Shown in pieces: positions 10,217 through 21,701 of a stretch of DNA of 64,000 nucleotides; position 1 is the first letter of the stretch; each line of letters begins with the position of its first letter. The position numbers and the translations under genes are program-made. This DNA is from Nostoc sp. (lineage in GTDB: Bacteria; Cyanobacteriota; Cyanobacteriia; Cyanobacteriales; Nostocaceae), in NCBI GenBank assembly GCA_036918135.1, contig JBALDB010000051.1:1-64000 (forward strand). Direction: 5' to 3'. The notes beneath the pieces are model-generated. The model saw only the letters and a program-made list of their open reading frames with translations. It did no database searches and had not been told where the DNA came from.

Positions 10217-10966
10217 TTACTCCTGAGTAGAAAGTAAACTCTTAATTATTTCTCCTAAGTTATCAACTCCCTTTTCGATATCGATTAAGTCGATGTATTG
10301 TAATTTACCAGATTTCGCTAACTCTTGAGCGCGATCGTCCGTCGCTTTGCCAACCAAAGCACCAGCAAGTATATCTGCGGTTCTACCACTGCCAGCGATC
10401 GCTATAACTAATCTACCAGTATTAATACTAGAAAAAGCATCTTTAAAGGTAACTTCACCACCGTTTAAAAGCACTGTTAGCGAAGGTGCGCCACTAGCTA
10501 ATACCGTTGCAACTTCAGATATCCAAGGAGACTCATCGCCCCAATCACTACCAGGAACTAGCACAAAATGAGTATGGTTTGGCTCTAAGGGCGTCAAATC
10601 AGCAGCTTTTAACTCATTGGGTAAAGCCACTTTCCTTTCAGGTGTCACACCAACCAAAGCAAAGCTAGCATCTATCTGGGTACGAGCCGCACCCATCAAT
10701 TGCATGACTCCCGCATCCGTACCTCCATCTACAACATAAGTGCCTAAAGTTTCTGCAATCGGAGCTAAAACTTCCACAAACAAGCGTTGGATACGCAGAA
10801 AGTCAGCTTCACTGATGTTACTTGCACCTCCCACCACTACTAAAACAGGACGTGAATTACTAAGTCCTATTTGCTCTAAGGCATTTGGCAATTCTGCTTG
10901 CTGATTAACTTGAATAGCTAATGCTGTTTGTCCGTTATCAAAAGTAAATTTTAAACAATTTTTCAT
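10217..10966 (-). CDS. SLOG-superfamily protein of the TRPM-like (LSDAT_prok) type
   Basis: VLVVVGGA, VVDGGTDAGVM, LEPNHTHFVLV...WGDE, LLNGG, AGSGRTAD match TRPM N-terminal SLOG motifs. Confidence 0.85.
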   Translation of the reverse strand: MKNCLKFTFDNGQTALAIQVNQQAELPNALEQIGLSNSRPVLVVVGGASNISEADFLRIQRLFVEVLAPIAETLGTYVVDGGTDAGVMQLMGAARTQIDASFALVGVTPERKVALPNELKAADLTPLEPNHTHFVLVPGSDWGDESPWISEVATVLASGAPSLTVLLNGGEVTFKDAFSSINTGRLVIAIAGSGRTADILAGALVGKATDDRAQELAKSGKLQYIDLIDIEKGVDNLGEIIKSLLSTQE

Positions 10967-11392
10967 TTATCCAAAATACTGACTGCCTAAGTTCTCCAGA
11001 GTAGAGCTTTGCAGTCATATTCCGCAATGGTTGTATTACGCACGGTAGTCAATTAATTATGTTTCCACAATGTTTTCATCCCTCTTGGAGGAGGTCTTTT
11101 AAACTACAGCGACCTCAAGAGTTTCCAGGGACATGAGGTAGGTGTAAAATATGGGCTTAGTGCGGATTTTAAGGAAAGTGAAATAGACAACGTAAGTCTA
11201 AAAGCTTGGAGTGAAGCCTGTTTTACTTCTAAATTCAGAAGTCAGTCCCGATGAAACAAGTTTCACCACCAAGCATGAAAAATGTATTTTCCCCTACACC
11301 CCACACCCTACACTCTCACACCCCTCTTTCAAATTAGAGGGTGGGCTTGCAGCCATCAAAACTTAGGTGATTTGGAATTATTTAATTGGAGC

Positions 11393-12298
11393 ATGACTAT
11401 GACTGCTGTCTTCTTAGAAAACGTCTACAAGTTTTACAACAATGTACCTGTAGTCAATGACCTGTCATTTAAAATTGAAGCTGGGGAAATATTTGCTCTA
11501 CTTGGCCCCAACGGTGCGGGAAAATCTACCACAATTCGGATGTTGACTACATTAACTAAACCGTCCCAAGGACGGATAGAAGTAAATGGATATGATGTGG
11601 TCAGCCAACCAATGTTGGCAAAAAAGAGTATTGGCGTAGTCTTGCAACAAGTCAGTGTAGATAACGATTTAACCGTTTGGGAAAATATGGAACTGCATGG
11701 AAGATTACATCACATTAGCAACCCGCAGCGACAACAACTGATTAATCAATGGCTAGAGTATGTAGAATTAACACAAAAACGCAATAATTTGGTCAAAACA
11801 CTGTCTGGAGGTATGAAACGACGGTTGCAGATAGCGAGAGCTTTATTACATCAACCGCAAATTTTGTTTTTGGATGAACCAACGGTAGGACTAGACCCCC
11901 AAACCAGGCGACGCCTTTGGGAAATTATTCGAGATTTGAATAAGCAGGGAATGACGATGCTACTAACGACCCATTATATGGATGAGGTCGAATTTTTATG
12001 CAATGCCTTCGGCTCTATCAAGCCAGGACGCATTGGTATTATGGATAACGGTAAGCTGATTTCTTTGGGAACGCTAAAACAACTGCGTTCTGCTCACGGT
12101 GAAGGTTTGGTGATGAAACAATTGGGTTTATCTAAAGTAGGAAGTGACAGTGCCTTAGCTTGGGAATATTTGTTTTTCCCTTCATTGGAACAAGCAAATA
12201 TCTACTTAAATGAACAGCCGGATAAAACTGGAATGATGGTGCGTCCCTCTAACTTGGAAGATATTTTTGTGGAATTAACGGGACGCCAGTTAGATTAA
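11393..12298 (+). CDS. ABC transporter ATP-binding subunit (DrrA/NodI-like)
   Basis: GPNGAGKST, LSGGM, LFLDEPT; ATG 11393/11399 follows GGAG; the upstream ORF extension is repeat-derived. Confidence 0.88.
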   Translation: MTMTAVFLENVYKFYNNVPVVNDLSFKIEAGEIFALLGPNGAGKSTTIRMLTTLTKPSQGRIEVNGYDVVSQPMLAKKSIGVVLQQVSVDNDLTVWENMELHGRLHHISNPQRQQLINQWLEYVELTQKRNNLVKTLSGGMKRRLQIARALLHQPQILFLDEPTVGLDPQTRRRLWEIIRDLNKQGMTMLLTTHYMDEVEFLCNAFGSIKPGRIGIMDNGKLISLGTLKQLRSAHGEGLVMKQLGLSKVGSDSALAWEYLFFPSLEQANIYLNEQPDKTGMMVRPSNLEDIFVELTGRQLD

Positions 12299-12300
12299 TT

Positions 12301-12981
12301 TCATCCTCCTAACTGTCGCAGCATGGCTTCTACTCTATCTACCCCATCCAAGTCATTGCGCCGCCGATACAAGTCACGCGCTTTTTGAAGTGCAGTGTTC
12401 GCTTGTTTGGTTTGGCGTCGCTGTTTATACATCGAACCCATCAATTCATAAGTCTGAGCATTGTTTTTATCTAAGCTAAGTGCTTGCTGATATGCCCAGT
12501 TAGCTGCACTGTAATCTCCTAGACGAGATTGAGTAACAGCTAATCCTAAGTAAGCGTTAACGTTGTTACGGTTGAGTTGTATAGCACGACGGTAACCTTC
12601 TTTTGCCCCAGCGGTGTCTCCCAAATTGGCTTTGATGTAACCGACGGCGTAATAAAAATCACTATTATTAGGGTTAATAGCGATCGCCTTACGATAAGAC
12701 GTTAATGCTGCCTGATAATTTCCTTGTTGAGCGTATAAATACCCAATACCTGAGTGAATTTTAGCATTCTTGGGATCTAAGCCAGATGCTTGCTGATAAA
12801 CAGCGATCGCCCCTCCATAATCGCCTGTATCAACTAATCTCCGTCCTTCCTCTAGTAGTTGCTTTAACTCTTGGTTTTTGGTTTGTGCGACTAATACTTG
12901 AGCCTGAGTCGGCATCGGCATTGTAAAGGCAAAACATCCTAATAACACCACACTAAACACAAATGATGTTGGCTTGTACAC
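12301..12981 (-). CDS. Secreted TPR-repeat protein
   Basis: Signal peptide (AQA) followed by about 5 TPR motifs. Confidence 0.85.
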   Translation of the reverse strand: MYKPTSFVFSVVLLGCFAFTMPMPTQAQVLVAQTKNQELKQLLEEGRRLVDTGDYGGAIAVYQQASGLDPKNAKIHSGIGYLYAQQGNYQAALTSYRKAIAINPNNSDFYYAVGYIKANLGDTAGAKEGYRRAIQLNRNNVNAYLGLAVTQSRLGDYSAANWAYQQALSLDKNNAQTYELMGSMYKQRRQTKQANTALQKARDLYRRRNDLDGVDRVEAMLRQLGG

Positions 12982-13663
12982 AGTAAATTTCCTGAAATTT
13001 TAGAGGACTTTTTTCTTGTACATTAAAACAAAAATGTGGACTTTTGAAAACTGTATTTTTTCGCATTGATTAAGATGTTAATAGTTCATTTGCTCTTTAC
13101 TTTACAATCAACGCTACATCACAGAGTTTTTACTGAATAAGAAAGTGTAAGTTCTCTAGAAACAAGGTAAATTCTTCTAGATAGAAATCAGTAAAATACA
13201 AACAATTACATTTTTTTCAGTGCTTATACGTATAAAATGAAAAACTAACAGGTGTTTGAGTTAATCCTCAATAGACAATGCACCAATGTGAGGGACAGTT
13301 GAATATTCATTAACTGTTTGTTGTTTTATTTAACAACTTGCTGAGTCTATATCCAATTTGATAATATTTTTAATCCTTGATGCTAACTTGAGTAAACGAA
13401 TATCCAAGTGTTTAGATCTTTTTTTACTCATTACACGATAAGATAAATGCAACAAGCAAAATGTTCCTGAAAGTCAGTTTGTGCTTAGACAATAATCTAG
13501 AGTAGAGTGGCGATCGCTTTTCTTAATTCTGTGAGAGTATATTTATTAAACCCTTCTACAACATAGGGTATTTTTGTAGGTATAAATAACTTACAATCGC
13601 TAGTTTAATTATCTCCACCTACTTAATAAATATCAAATTATATAATATTGATGAGGTTAATTT

Positions 13664-13990
13664 ATGATTATAACTACCACTGATGTGATTCAAGGAGCTG
13701 TTATCGAATCATATTTAGGTATTGTGACAGCAGAAGTTGTCTATGGTAGCAATTTTTTACGAGATTTTTTAGCCGGCATTCGAGATATTGTTGGTGGACG
13801 CACTGGTAGTTACGAGCGTTTATTTGAGCAAGGTCAACGCAAAGCGCTAGAAGAAATACAACAACGGGCACAACGTTTAGGAGCAAATGCTGTAATTGGA
13901 ATTGAAATTGATACTGGCACAATCAATGTTGACCAGTCAGGAGTTCTATTGCTGATTACCGCCACAGGTACAGCTGTGAGAATGCGTTAA
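13664..13990 (+). CDS. YbjQ/UPF0145 family protein
   Basis: MIITTT...YLGIV...RDIVGGR...GANAVIG...ATGTAV. Confidence 0.9.
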   Translation: MIITTTDVIQGAVIESYLGIVTAEVVYGSNFLRDFLAGIRDIVGGRTGSYERLFEQGQRKALEEIQQRAQRLGANAVIGIEIDTGTINVDQSGVLLLITATGTAVRMR

Positions 13991-14343
13991 TTTTTTGATT
14001 ATTTTGCTTTTGACAATGCTGACAAAGTTTTGTATTAAGTCTAATTGGAGATACAATTAAGCTATTTTCAAAATATTTTAAAAAAATTAATATTTGGATT
14101 TTAATTTTATCTTAAACATTTTTTCACCGACAATTTATTATAAATATTTATTCTCAACTTTAATTAAAGCTAAATTATATTACGAATTGTTAAAAAAGTC
14201 TGTTTTTTTATGACTAAAGATAGACATATTAATTCTTTCTATTGATGGATAGTAAAGCAGATTATTCAGTTCTTTAATAAGGAATACAACAAGAATATAC
14301 CTGAATATAAACTTTGCTGAAACAGCGCTGGAGAGCATAATTT

Positions 14344-14982
14344 ATGTCATACGTAAATCGAACAGGCGATGATGTTATTCCTACTGGGTCTGTAGTACCA
14401 GGCCGAGTAGTCGAATATCACGATCTTGTTCGCTGGGGGCCAATTATTGCTGGTTTGTTGGTTGCTTTAGCTACTCAATTAATTTTGAGCGCTATAATTG
14501 GCGCTGTTGCAGCTGGTACAGTTGAAGGTTCGGGTGCGCCTAGATCGATTGCCTCTAACACTGCGGGTAATGCCGGCCTTTGGTCAACGATTGCTTTGTT
14601 AATTTCCCTATTTACTGGTGGTTGGGTTACAGCACGTGCTTGTGGCCCCATGAACCGCAATACAGCTCTTCTTAACGGCGCAATTCTTTGGGCAACTACT
14701 TTGGCAGTTAGCTCGTGGCTATTTGCAAGTGGAGTATCTGGTGCTTTTGGTGTCGCTGCTTCTAACGCTGGGGAAGTCTTAAACCAGGTACAACAGCAAG
14801 GTGGTACTCCTAATTTACCGCGAACAAACGTAACTGCTCAAGAAGCTCGTGATATTGCAGGAAATGTACGTTCGGGCTTGTGGTGGTTTGTGTTTGGTTC
14901 GTTGTTGGGTTTAGTAGCCGCAATGATAGGCGCTGTAACTGGTACTCGCAGTCCCCGGACTACTAACACTTATAATCCTTAA
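14344..14982 (+). CDS. Conserved four-TM membrane protein of unknown function
   Basis: VRWGPIIAG motif, four hydrophobic segments, GGAGAG RBS. Confidence 0.75.
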   Translation: MSYVNRTGDDVIPTGSVVPGRVVEYHDLVRWGPIIAGLLVALATQLILSAIIGAVAAGTVEGSGAPRSIASNTAGNAGLWSTIALLISLFTGGWVTARACGPMNRNTALLNGAILWATTLAVSSWLFASGVSGAFGVAASNAGEVLNQVQQQGGTPNLPRTNVTAQEARDIAGNVRSGLWWFVFGSLLGLVAAMIGAVTGTRSPRTTNTYNP

Positions 14983-15014
14983 AGAATTGTCTGAAAAATC
15001 AAATATTATTTTTT

Positions 15015-15046
15015 AAAAAAGCACCTTGAGAAAAGGTGCTTTTTTT
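15015..15046. terminator. Bidirectional intrinsic terminator
   Basis: AAAAAAGCACCTT-gagaa-AAGGTGCTTTTTTT. Confidence 0.85.
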
Positions 15047-15068
15047 GATTATGTAAAGCTGGGCTTTG

Positions 15069-15159
15069 TATAGCAACAGCGAAGATACTTAGGACATCAA
15101 CAGATGATAAAACCTAGACACCTATAGACTTTTCACCCAGTCCCCAGTCTCTTGCTATA
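15069..15159. mobile_element. Short MITE-like element containing STRR (CCCCAGT) units
   Basis: Terminal inverted repeats TATAGCAA...TTGCTATA. Confidence 0.45.
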
Positions 15160-15161
15160 GC

Positions 15162-15422
15162 TTACCACTTCAAATATGAAGCTTCAATTCCCTGCTCGCG
15201 TCGAATTTTGCTATCTTTTTCAAACCAGGTGATTACTTGTTGTGCTGTCAAGTCTTCAATAGCAACACCGTACTCTTGAGCAATATATTTTAAGAGTTTA
15301 AGTGATGAAATTGTCAATCTTGTTAAAAATTTTTCTGGAGAAGACAACAAAGCCGCGTCTACTTTTGCTGACTCTTCCAACGTTAAAAATTGGGTTGATG
15401 GTTGCTGTGGTGCTACATCCAT
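15162..15422 (-). CDS. Small conserved hypothetical protein
   Basis: 86-aa ORF downstream of sufR with normal composition. Confidence 0.65.
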   Translation of the reverse strand: MDVAPQQPSTQFLTLEESAKVDAALLSSPEKFLTRLTISSLKLLKYIAQEYGVAIEDLTAQQVITWFEKDSKIRREQGIEASYLKW

Positions 15423-15550
15423 AAAATGCTATCTCAAATTCAGTTGATTATTGGGCATTGGTTTTCACAAATGACAAATGACTAAGCGCAAAGTCTGAGC
15501 GGAGGTCTCCTCCGATCAGAACTTTGTAAGAGAGGACAAATGACAAATGA

Positions 15551-16231
15551 CTAATAACGAGCTTTTACCAAATAACCACAACGGTGTTCGCCGTTGATAA
15601 TCCAGTGGGTGCGTTCTACGGTACAATCAGGTAAGACAGCTGCAAACATTTCTAATTCATGGCCACAGATAGTGGGGAAAGATTCAGCAACGTTGGAAAT
15701 AGCGCAGTTATGCTCAATGAAAATAAAGCTTTCGCGTTTAGAGGAGTCATTAACATCTACTGCGTGATACTCCGCCATGAAACCTTCAGCTTTTCTTAAC
15801 TCTACTAAACTAGCAACACGTTCTCTCAGCGAACCATTATCCAAACGATCGCGATATTCTTGAGCTTTACGCTCCCACTGCTTCTGCAAAATCGATTTGA
15901 ATTGGTCGTGTCCCACAGTTTGAGCTAAGGTATCCAGCAGCGAAACAGCAAAATTGCCACTGGCATCACCAAAGCGATCGCTCATGGTACGATGCAAGCG
16001 ATCGCGTCCCTGATGACTCAGTTGATAAACGTGCTGCGGACGCCCCATTCCAGGTTGCTCTGATGTCGAAAACAAAACTAGCTCCTCGGTCTCCAAATCT
16101 TTGAGATGGCGACGAATCGCTTGCTTGCTGACATCTAATACTTCAGCTAGCTCAATAGCCGTTGCTTTTTCGTGTTTGTGCAGATACTCTAGGATTTCTT
16201 GCTTGGTTGAGGACTGGTGAATAGTCGCCAT
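15551..16231 (-). CDS. sufR: Fe-S cluster biogenesis repressor SufR
   Basis: N-terminal wHTH, GRP motif, C-x12-C-x13-C-x14-C; divergent from sufB. Confidence 0.95.
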   Translation of the reverse strand: MATIHQSSTKQEILEYLHKHEKATAIELAEVLDVSKQAIRRHLKDLETEELVLFSTSEQPGMGRPQHVYQLSHQGRDRLHRTMSDRFGDASGNFAVSLLDTLAQTVGHDQFKSILQKQWERKAQEYRDRLDNGSLRERVASLVELRKAEGFMAEYHAVDVNDSSKRESFIFIEHNCAISNVAESFPTICGHELEMFAAVLPDCTVERTHWIINGEHRCGYLVKARY

Positions 16232-16290
16232 CTTCTGATGTCAGACGCTGCGGGAACGTCCCAAAAATTTCTCTTAAAATTTGACTTTGA

Positions 16291-16349
16291 CAACATTGTT
16301 GTTGTTAATTTAGCGTAAAATGGAGATACATAAAACAACATAGCTGTTG
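16291..16349. promoter_or_regulatory. Two SufR operator sites
   Basis: CAAC-N6-GTTG at 16291-16304 and 16336-16349, the known SufR inverted repeat. Confidence 0.85.
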
Positions 16350-16474
16350 TTTTACTCTCCACCACTATTCTAGCAGCCGTGTAACCATTCCGTAATGCCA
16401 GATGGGAGTCGCCAAAACAAGAGCTTGTCTCCCATTCTTAAAGAGATAGAACCGAACACGAGAGATTATTACCG

Positions 16475-17914
16475 ATGAGTGCCACTGTCAAAACCTTAGT
16501 CAACCAACCTTACAAGTACGGCTTTGTTACCGATATTGAGACGGATACTATCCCTCGCGGACTGGACGAGGACGTTATCCGCTTAATCTCGGCGAAAAAG
16601 AACGAGCCACAGTTCATGTTGGATTTTCGCCTCAAGGCTTATCGCCAGTGGCAAAAAATGACAGAACCAACTTGGCCTAATGTCAAGTATCCGCCAATTA
16701 ATTATCAAGATATCATTTATTACTCAGCACCAAAAGTCAAGAAAGAAAAACTCAACAGTTTGGAGGAAGTCGATCCCACCCTTCTAGAAACTTTTGAAAA
16801 GTTGGGTATTCCCCTATCGGAACAAAAGCGACTGGCAAATGTTGCTGTGGATGCGATTTTTGATAGCGTTTCTGTTGCCACTACATTTAAGGAAAAGCTA
16901 GCTAAAGACGGCGTTATTTTCTGCTCGATTTCCGAAGCGTTGCAAGAACACCCAGAACTAGTAAAAAAATACCTGGGTAGCGTCGTTCCCACAGCAGACA
17001 ACTATTTTGCCGCCCTTAACTCTGCCGTATTTAGCGATGGTTCCTTCGTCTACATTCCCAAAGGCGTCAAATGCCCAATGGAACTGTCTACCTACTTCCG
17101 CATTAACTCCGGTGACACGGGGCAATTTGAGCGGACTTTGATTGTTGCCGAAGAAGGTAGCTATGTCTCCTACCTGGAAGGTTGCACCGCGCCAATGTAT
17201 GACAGCAACCAGCTGCACGCTGCTGTAGTGGAACTTGTCGCCCTCGACAACGCCGAGATTAAATACTCCACCGTGCAAAACTGGTACGCTGGCGATGCTA
17301 ACGGTAAAGGCGGTATTTACAACTTTGTCACCAAACGCGGTTTGTGTCAGGGGGTAAATTCCAAGATTTCCTGGACTCAAGTAGAAACAGGTTCGGCAAT
17401 TACTTGGAAGTATCCTAGCTGCGTGTTGGTGGGTGATAACTCTGTGGGTGAATTCTACTCGGTGGCGCTGACAAATAATATGCAGCAAGCCGATACGGGT
17501 ACAAAGATGATTCACGTTGGCAAGAATACCCGCAGTACAATTATTTCTAAAGGAATCTCCGCAGGTAAATCTAGTAACAGTTACCGGGGTTTGGTGAAAG
17601 TTAACCCGAACGCTAAAGGGGCGAGAAACTATTCCCAGTGCGACTCAATGCTGATTGGGGATAATGCCCACGCCAATACTTTCCCTTATATCCAGGTGCA
17701 AAATAATACCGCAAAAGTAGAGCATGAAGCTTCTACTTCCAAGATTGGGGAAGATCAGTTATTTTACTTCGCTCAACGAGGAATTTCTTCAGAAGATGCG
17801 ATTTCGATGATGATTAGCGGCTTCTGTAAGGATGTTTTCAATCAGCTACCAATGGAATTTGCTGTGGAAGCTGATAAGTTGTTGAGTTTGAAATTAGAAG
17901 GCAGTGTTGGATAA
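16475..17914 (+). CDS. sufB: Fe-S cluster assembly protein SufB
   Basis: [34 protein letters not shown]. Confidence 0.97.
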   Translation: MSATVKTLVNQPYKYGFVTDIETDTIPRGLDEDVIRLISAKKNEPQFMLDFRLKAYRQWQKMTEPTWPNVKYPPINYQDIIYYSAPKVKKEKLNSLEEVDPTLLETFEKLGIPLSEQKRLANVAVDAIFDSVSVATTFKEKLAKDGVIFCSISEALQEHPELVKKYLGSVVPTADNYFAALNSAVFSDGSFVYIPKGVKCPMELSTYFRINSGDTGQFERTLIVAEEGSYVSYLEGCTAPMYDSNQLHAAVVELVALDNAEIKYSTVQNWYAGDANGKGGIYNFVTKRGLCQGVNSKISWTQVETGSAITWKYPSCVLVGDNSVGEFYSVALTNNMQQADTGTKMIHVGKNTRSTIISKGISAGKSSNSYRGLVKVNPNAKGARNYSQCDSMLIGDNAHANTFPYIQVQNNTAKVEHEASTSKIGEDQLFYFAQRGISSEDAISMMISGFCKDVFNQLPMEFAVEADKLLSLKLEGSVG

Positions 17915-17918
17915 AGCT

Positions 17919-18022
17919 TGTAGTCAGCATTTTAGTGCTGGAAAATCACTACGAACCGAAAAGATCAACCCTTGCAGTTAGGCACTTTGGTGCTGGATAA
18001 AAGCGCTAAAGTGCCGACTACA
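17919..18022. repeat. REP-like (GTAG) inverted repeat pair between sufB and sufC
   Basis: TGTAGTCAGCATTTTAGTGCT ... AGCGCTAAAGTGCCGACTACA. Confidence 0.55.
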
Positions 18023-18043
18023 AATTAAGACAAGAGAGAGAAG

Positions 18044-18832
18044 ATGATTATTGAAAATAGTGAACTTGTGCTGTCAGTAAGGGATCTGACAGCTAATGTT
18101 GATGGAACACCAATTCTCAAGGGTGTGAATCTAGAGGTGCGATCGGGTGAAATTCATGCGATTATGGGGCCGAATGGTTCTGGTAAGAGTACCTTTTCTA
18201 AGGTGTTAGCTGGACACCCGGCGTATGAAGTGACTGGCGGGGAAGTGATTTTCCAAGGACAAAATTTGCTGGAGTTGGAACCAGAGGAACGCGCCAGAAG
18301 TGGTGTGTTTTTGGCTTTTCAGTATCCTTTGGAAATTCCCGGTGTGAGCAATTTGGATTTCTTGCGGGTGGCGTACAATTCCCGGCGGAAAGCAGAGGGT
18401 TTAGAAGAAATAGACGCCTTTGATTTTGACGATTTAATTGAGGAAAAGCTGGATGTAGTAAAAATGAATGCCGCTTTCCTGAATCGCAGTTTGAATGAAG
18501 GATTTTCTGGTGGTGAGAAAAAGCGGAATGAAATTCTGCAAATGGCGTTGCTAGAACCGAAGTTAGCAATTCTAGATGAAACAGATTCGGGTTTAGATAT
18601 TGATGCGCTGAAAATTGTGGCCAATGGAGTAAATCAGCTAGCAAGTCCAGAAAATTCCACAATTTTAATTACCCACTACCAGCGCTTACTCGATTATATT
18701 GTGCCAGATTTTGTCCATGTAATGGCAAACGGGCGGATTCTTACCAGTGGTGGTAAGGAATTGGCACTAGAATTAGAGTCTCGCGGTTATGACTGGGTGC
18801 TAGAAGAGTTTGCAGCTGAGGTAGGCGTTTAA
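18044..18832 (+). CDS. sufC: Fe-S cluster assembly ATPase SufC
   Basis: [30 protein letters not shown]. Confidence 0.97.
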   Translation: MIIENSELVLSVRDLTANVDGTPILKGVNLEVRSGEIHAIMGPNGSGKSTFSKVLAGHPAYEVTGGEVIFQGQNLLELEPEERARSGVFLAFQYPLEIPGVSNLDFLRVAYNSRRKAEGLEEIDAFDFDDLIEEKLDVVKMNAAFLNRSLNEGFSGGEKKRNEILQMALLEPKLAILDETDSGLDIDALKIVANGVNQLASPENSTILITHYQRLLDYIVPDFVHVMANGRILTSGGKELALELESRGYDWVLEEFAAEVGV

Positions 18833-20190
18833 TGACTATTCAAGTTTCTCCTAGTCAAATTCCTAACTCGGATGCAGATAGTTTGACAGCGACTCTGTTG
18901 GATAAAGATGATTATCTAACTAACTTGTTAAATCAAGTAGCTGTATCAAACACACAAGGATGGTTGCAGAATTTACGTGAAAGTGCTGCTAATTGGGTAC
19001 GTCACTCAAGTGTCCCTAGTACTCGCGAGGAAGAATGGCGATTTACTGATTTGTCATCTTTGCGACAGGTGCAGTTTCATGTAGAAACAGCAAATCTCAC
19101 ATCTCCACAATTCGAGATTTTGCCAGAAGCGGCTAATAGTCGTTTAGTTTTTGTGAATGGTGTTTATGCACCGGGATTATCCGCAGTCGCAGATTTACCG
19201 CCTGGGGTAGTGGTGAGTAATTTAGCTGGGTTAGCTGTGGCTGAGCAGGAAAGCGCACAACAGTATTTAGCTCAAGCTGAAGGAGCGCAGGAAGTTTTTA
19301 CGGCTCTCAATACTGCGGGAATCACTGATGCAGCGGTGGTTTGGGTGAAGAAAAATGTAGTAGTTGAGACGCCAATTCATCTGGTATTTATTGCAGTTAC
19401 GGGTGAGAGTGCGACGATTTCCCAGCCGCGTTGTTTGGTGGTAGCGGAAAGTGGCTCGCAAGTGACTTTGGTTGAAGAGTATAGGAACCGTACAGAGGAA
19501 AAGGTTTACTTGACTAATGCGGTTACGGAAATTTGGATTGGTGAGAATGCTGAAGTAACTCACACTAGGGTTGAGCAAGAAGGTAGAGAGGCTTTTCATA
19601 TTGGCAAGAGCGCGATCGCTCAAGCTCGTGATAGTCGATATACTTGTCATGCGATAACTTTCGGTGGAAAATTATCGCGGCACAATTTAGAAATTTTGCA
19701 AACTGGCGAGCAAACCCAAACGACTCTCAATGGGTTGACGATGATTTCAGGCAGACAACTGGCGGATACTCACAGTGCGATCGCTCTGAATTATCCTTAT
19801 GGTACAAGCAAACAATTGCATAAGTGTATTGTCGGCGATCGCGCTCATGCAGTGTTCAATGGTAAAGTTTTTGTTCCCAAATCGGCGCAGTTGACGGATG
19901 CAGCCCAGTTAAATCGCAATTTGCTGCTATCATCAAAAGCCAGAGTCGATACCAAACCCCAATTAGAAATTACTGCGGATAATGTTAAATGCGCTCACGG
20001 CGCTACCGTCAGTCAATTGGAGGATGATGAAATCTTCTACCTGCAAAGTCGGGGAATTGACGAAAATGATGCTCGTAAATTGTTAATTAACGCCTTTGCG
20101 GCGGAAATTATTAACCAAATACCCGTTCCCTCTCTTAGAGAACTATTACTAAACACAGTCAATAGTCTCAAGTCTTTAGCTAATGACTAA
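18832..20190 (+). CDS. sufD: Fe-S cluster assembly protein SufD
   Basis: EEWRFTDL, KPQLEI.ADNVKCAHGATV, FYLQSRG. Confidence 0.96.
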   Translation: MTIQVSPSQIPNSDADSLTATLLDKDDYLTNLLNQVAVSNTQGWLQNLRESAANWVRHSSVPSTREEEWRFTDLSSLRQVQFHVETANLTSPQFEILPEAANSRLVFVNGVYAPGLSAVADLPPGVVVSNLAGLAVAEQESAQQYLAQAEGAQEVFTALNTAGITDAAVVWVKKNVVVETPIHLVFIAVTGESATISQPRCLVVAESGSQVTLVEEYRNRTEEKVYLTNAVTEIWIGENAEVTHTRVEQEGREAFHIGKSAIAQARDSRYTCHAITFGGKLSRHNLEILQTGEQTQTTLNGLTMISGRQLADTHSAIALNYPYGTSKQLHKCIVGDRAHAVFNGKVFVPKSAQLTDAAQLNRNLLLSSKARVDTKPQLEITADNVKCAHGATVSQLEDDEIFYLQSRGIDENDARKLLINAFAAEIINQIPVPSLRELLLNTVNSLKSLAND

Positions 20191-20250
20191 TGACTATTGT
20201 ACAGACGCGATTAATCGCGTCTCTATCAAAGACTAATAACTAATCTACCA

Positions 20251-21516
20251 ATGACTTTCACCTCTACTAAAACCCTTGCCGATAAAGTTCGTGCTGACTT
20301 CCCAATTTTGCATCAGGAAGTCAATGAGAAAACACTAGTTTATCTCGATAATGCCGCAACATCCCAAAAACCTTTGCTTGTATTAAATACCCTCCGGGAT
20401 TATTACGAGCAATACAATGCCAACGTGCATCGCGGTGCTCATAGCCTCAGTGCTAAGGCTACCGATGCTTATGAAGCTGCACGAGACAAAGTTGCTAAAT
20501 TTATTAATGCTGCATCGCGTCAGGAAATTGTTTACACCCGCAATGCTAGTGAGGCAATTAATTTAGTTGCTTACAGTTGGGGAATGAATAATTTGCAGCC
20601 GGGAGATGAAATTATTCTCTCGGTAATGGAACACCATAGTAATATTGTGCCGTGGCAATTGGTGGCCCAAAAAACTGGTGCAGTATTGAAATTTGTCGAA
20701 CTAACACCAGAAGAAACTTTAGATCTAGAGCAGTTTAAAAAGCTGATATCTGAGAAAACAAAACTAGTATCAGTGGTGCATATTTCTAATACTTTGGGTT
20801 GTATTAATCCTGTAGGAGAAATTGCAGCGATCGCTCACAGTTACGGTGCGAAATTTTTAGTCGATGCTTGTCAAAGTGTACCCCACTTTCCCATCGATGT
20901 CCAAAAAATAGATTGTGATTGGTTGGTAGCTTCCGGTCATAAAATGTGCGCTCCAACTGGCATCGGATTTTTGTATGGCAAGTTGGAATTATTACAATCA
21001 ATGCCGCCATTTTTTGGCGGTGGTGAAATGATTGCAGAAGTGTTTTTAGACCATTCCACTTATGCAGAATTACCTCATAAATTTGAAGCCGGTACACCTG
21101 CAATTGGGGAAGCGATCGCCCTTGGTGCTGCTGTAGATTATCTAAGTAATATTGGCATGGATAAAATCCACGCCTACGAAGCTGAATTAACAGCTTATTT
21201 ATTCCAACAATTAGAGCAAATTCCCCAAATTAGAATTTACGGGCCCAAACCAAACGCTCAAGGAGAAGGTAGAGTCGCCTCAGCTACATTCACCGCCGGA
21301 GAAGTTCACCCCAACGACTTATCTACATTATTAGATCAAGAAGGCGTCGCCATTCGTTCTGGACATCACTGCACTCAACCATTACACCGCTACTTAGGGC
21401 TTTCTGGAAGTGCACGAGCAAGTTTATCTTTCTATAACACCCGTGAGGAAATTGATATTTTTATCAAAGCACTAAAGGAAACACTAGACTTTTTTGCTGA
21501 ATTTTCTAACTCGTAA
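20251..21516 (+). CDS. sufS: Cysteine desulfurase SufS
   Basis: [25 protein letters not shown]. Confidence 0.96.
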   Translation: MTFTSTKTLADKVRADFPILHQEVNEKTLVYLDNAATSQKPLLVLNTLRDYYEQYNANVHRGAHSLSAKATDAYEAARDKVAKFINAASRQEIVYTRNASEAINLVAYSWGMNNLQPGDEIILSVMEHHSNIVPWQLVAQKTGAVLKFVELTPEETLDLEQFKKLISEKTKLVSVVHISNTLGCINPVGEIAAIAHSYGAKFLVDACQSVPHFPIDVQKIDCDWLVASGHKMCAPTGIGFLYGKLELLQSMPPFFGGGEMIAEVFLDHSTYAELPHKFEAGTPAIGEAIALGAAVDYLSNIGMDKIHAYEAELTAYLFQQLEQIPQIRIYGPKPNAQGEGRVASATFTAGEVHPNDLSTLLDQEGVAIRSGHHCTQPLHRYLGLSGSARASLSFYNTREEIDIFIKALKETLDFFAEFSNS

Positions 21517-21564
21517 TTCCTAATTCGTAGTTAAGAATTTATGAATTATAAATTACGAATTAAT

Positions 21565-21701
21565 TTAACGTGAGTTCGATAGAACCTAACCCCCTCCCTT
21601 GTAGAGAAGGGGCAAAAAATCTCCAACTTGATACCAAAGAATAGGTTTTTTAAGCCTCTCGCGGAAGTGGGGTTCTTGAGAATCTATCGAACTCACGTTA
21701 A
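21565..21701. mobile_element. MITE with perfect 19-bp terminal inverted repeats
   Basis: TTAACGTGAGTTCGATAGA (21565-21583) and TCTATCGAACTCACGTTAA (21683-21701); non-coding interior with a hairpin. Confidence 0.8.

Noticed and set aside
11282..11392. N-terminal extension of the ABC ATPase
   Set aside because: Encoded by a CCCTACAC repeat; a better start with RBS is at 11393/11399
13570..13600. NtcA site upstream of ybjQ
   Set aside because: Spacing is GTA-N9-TAC, not N8
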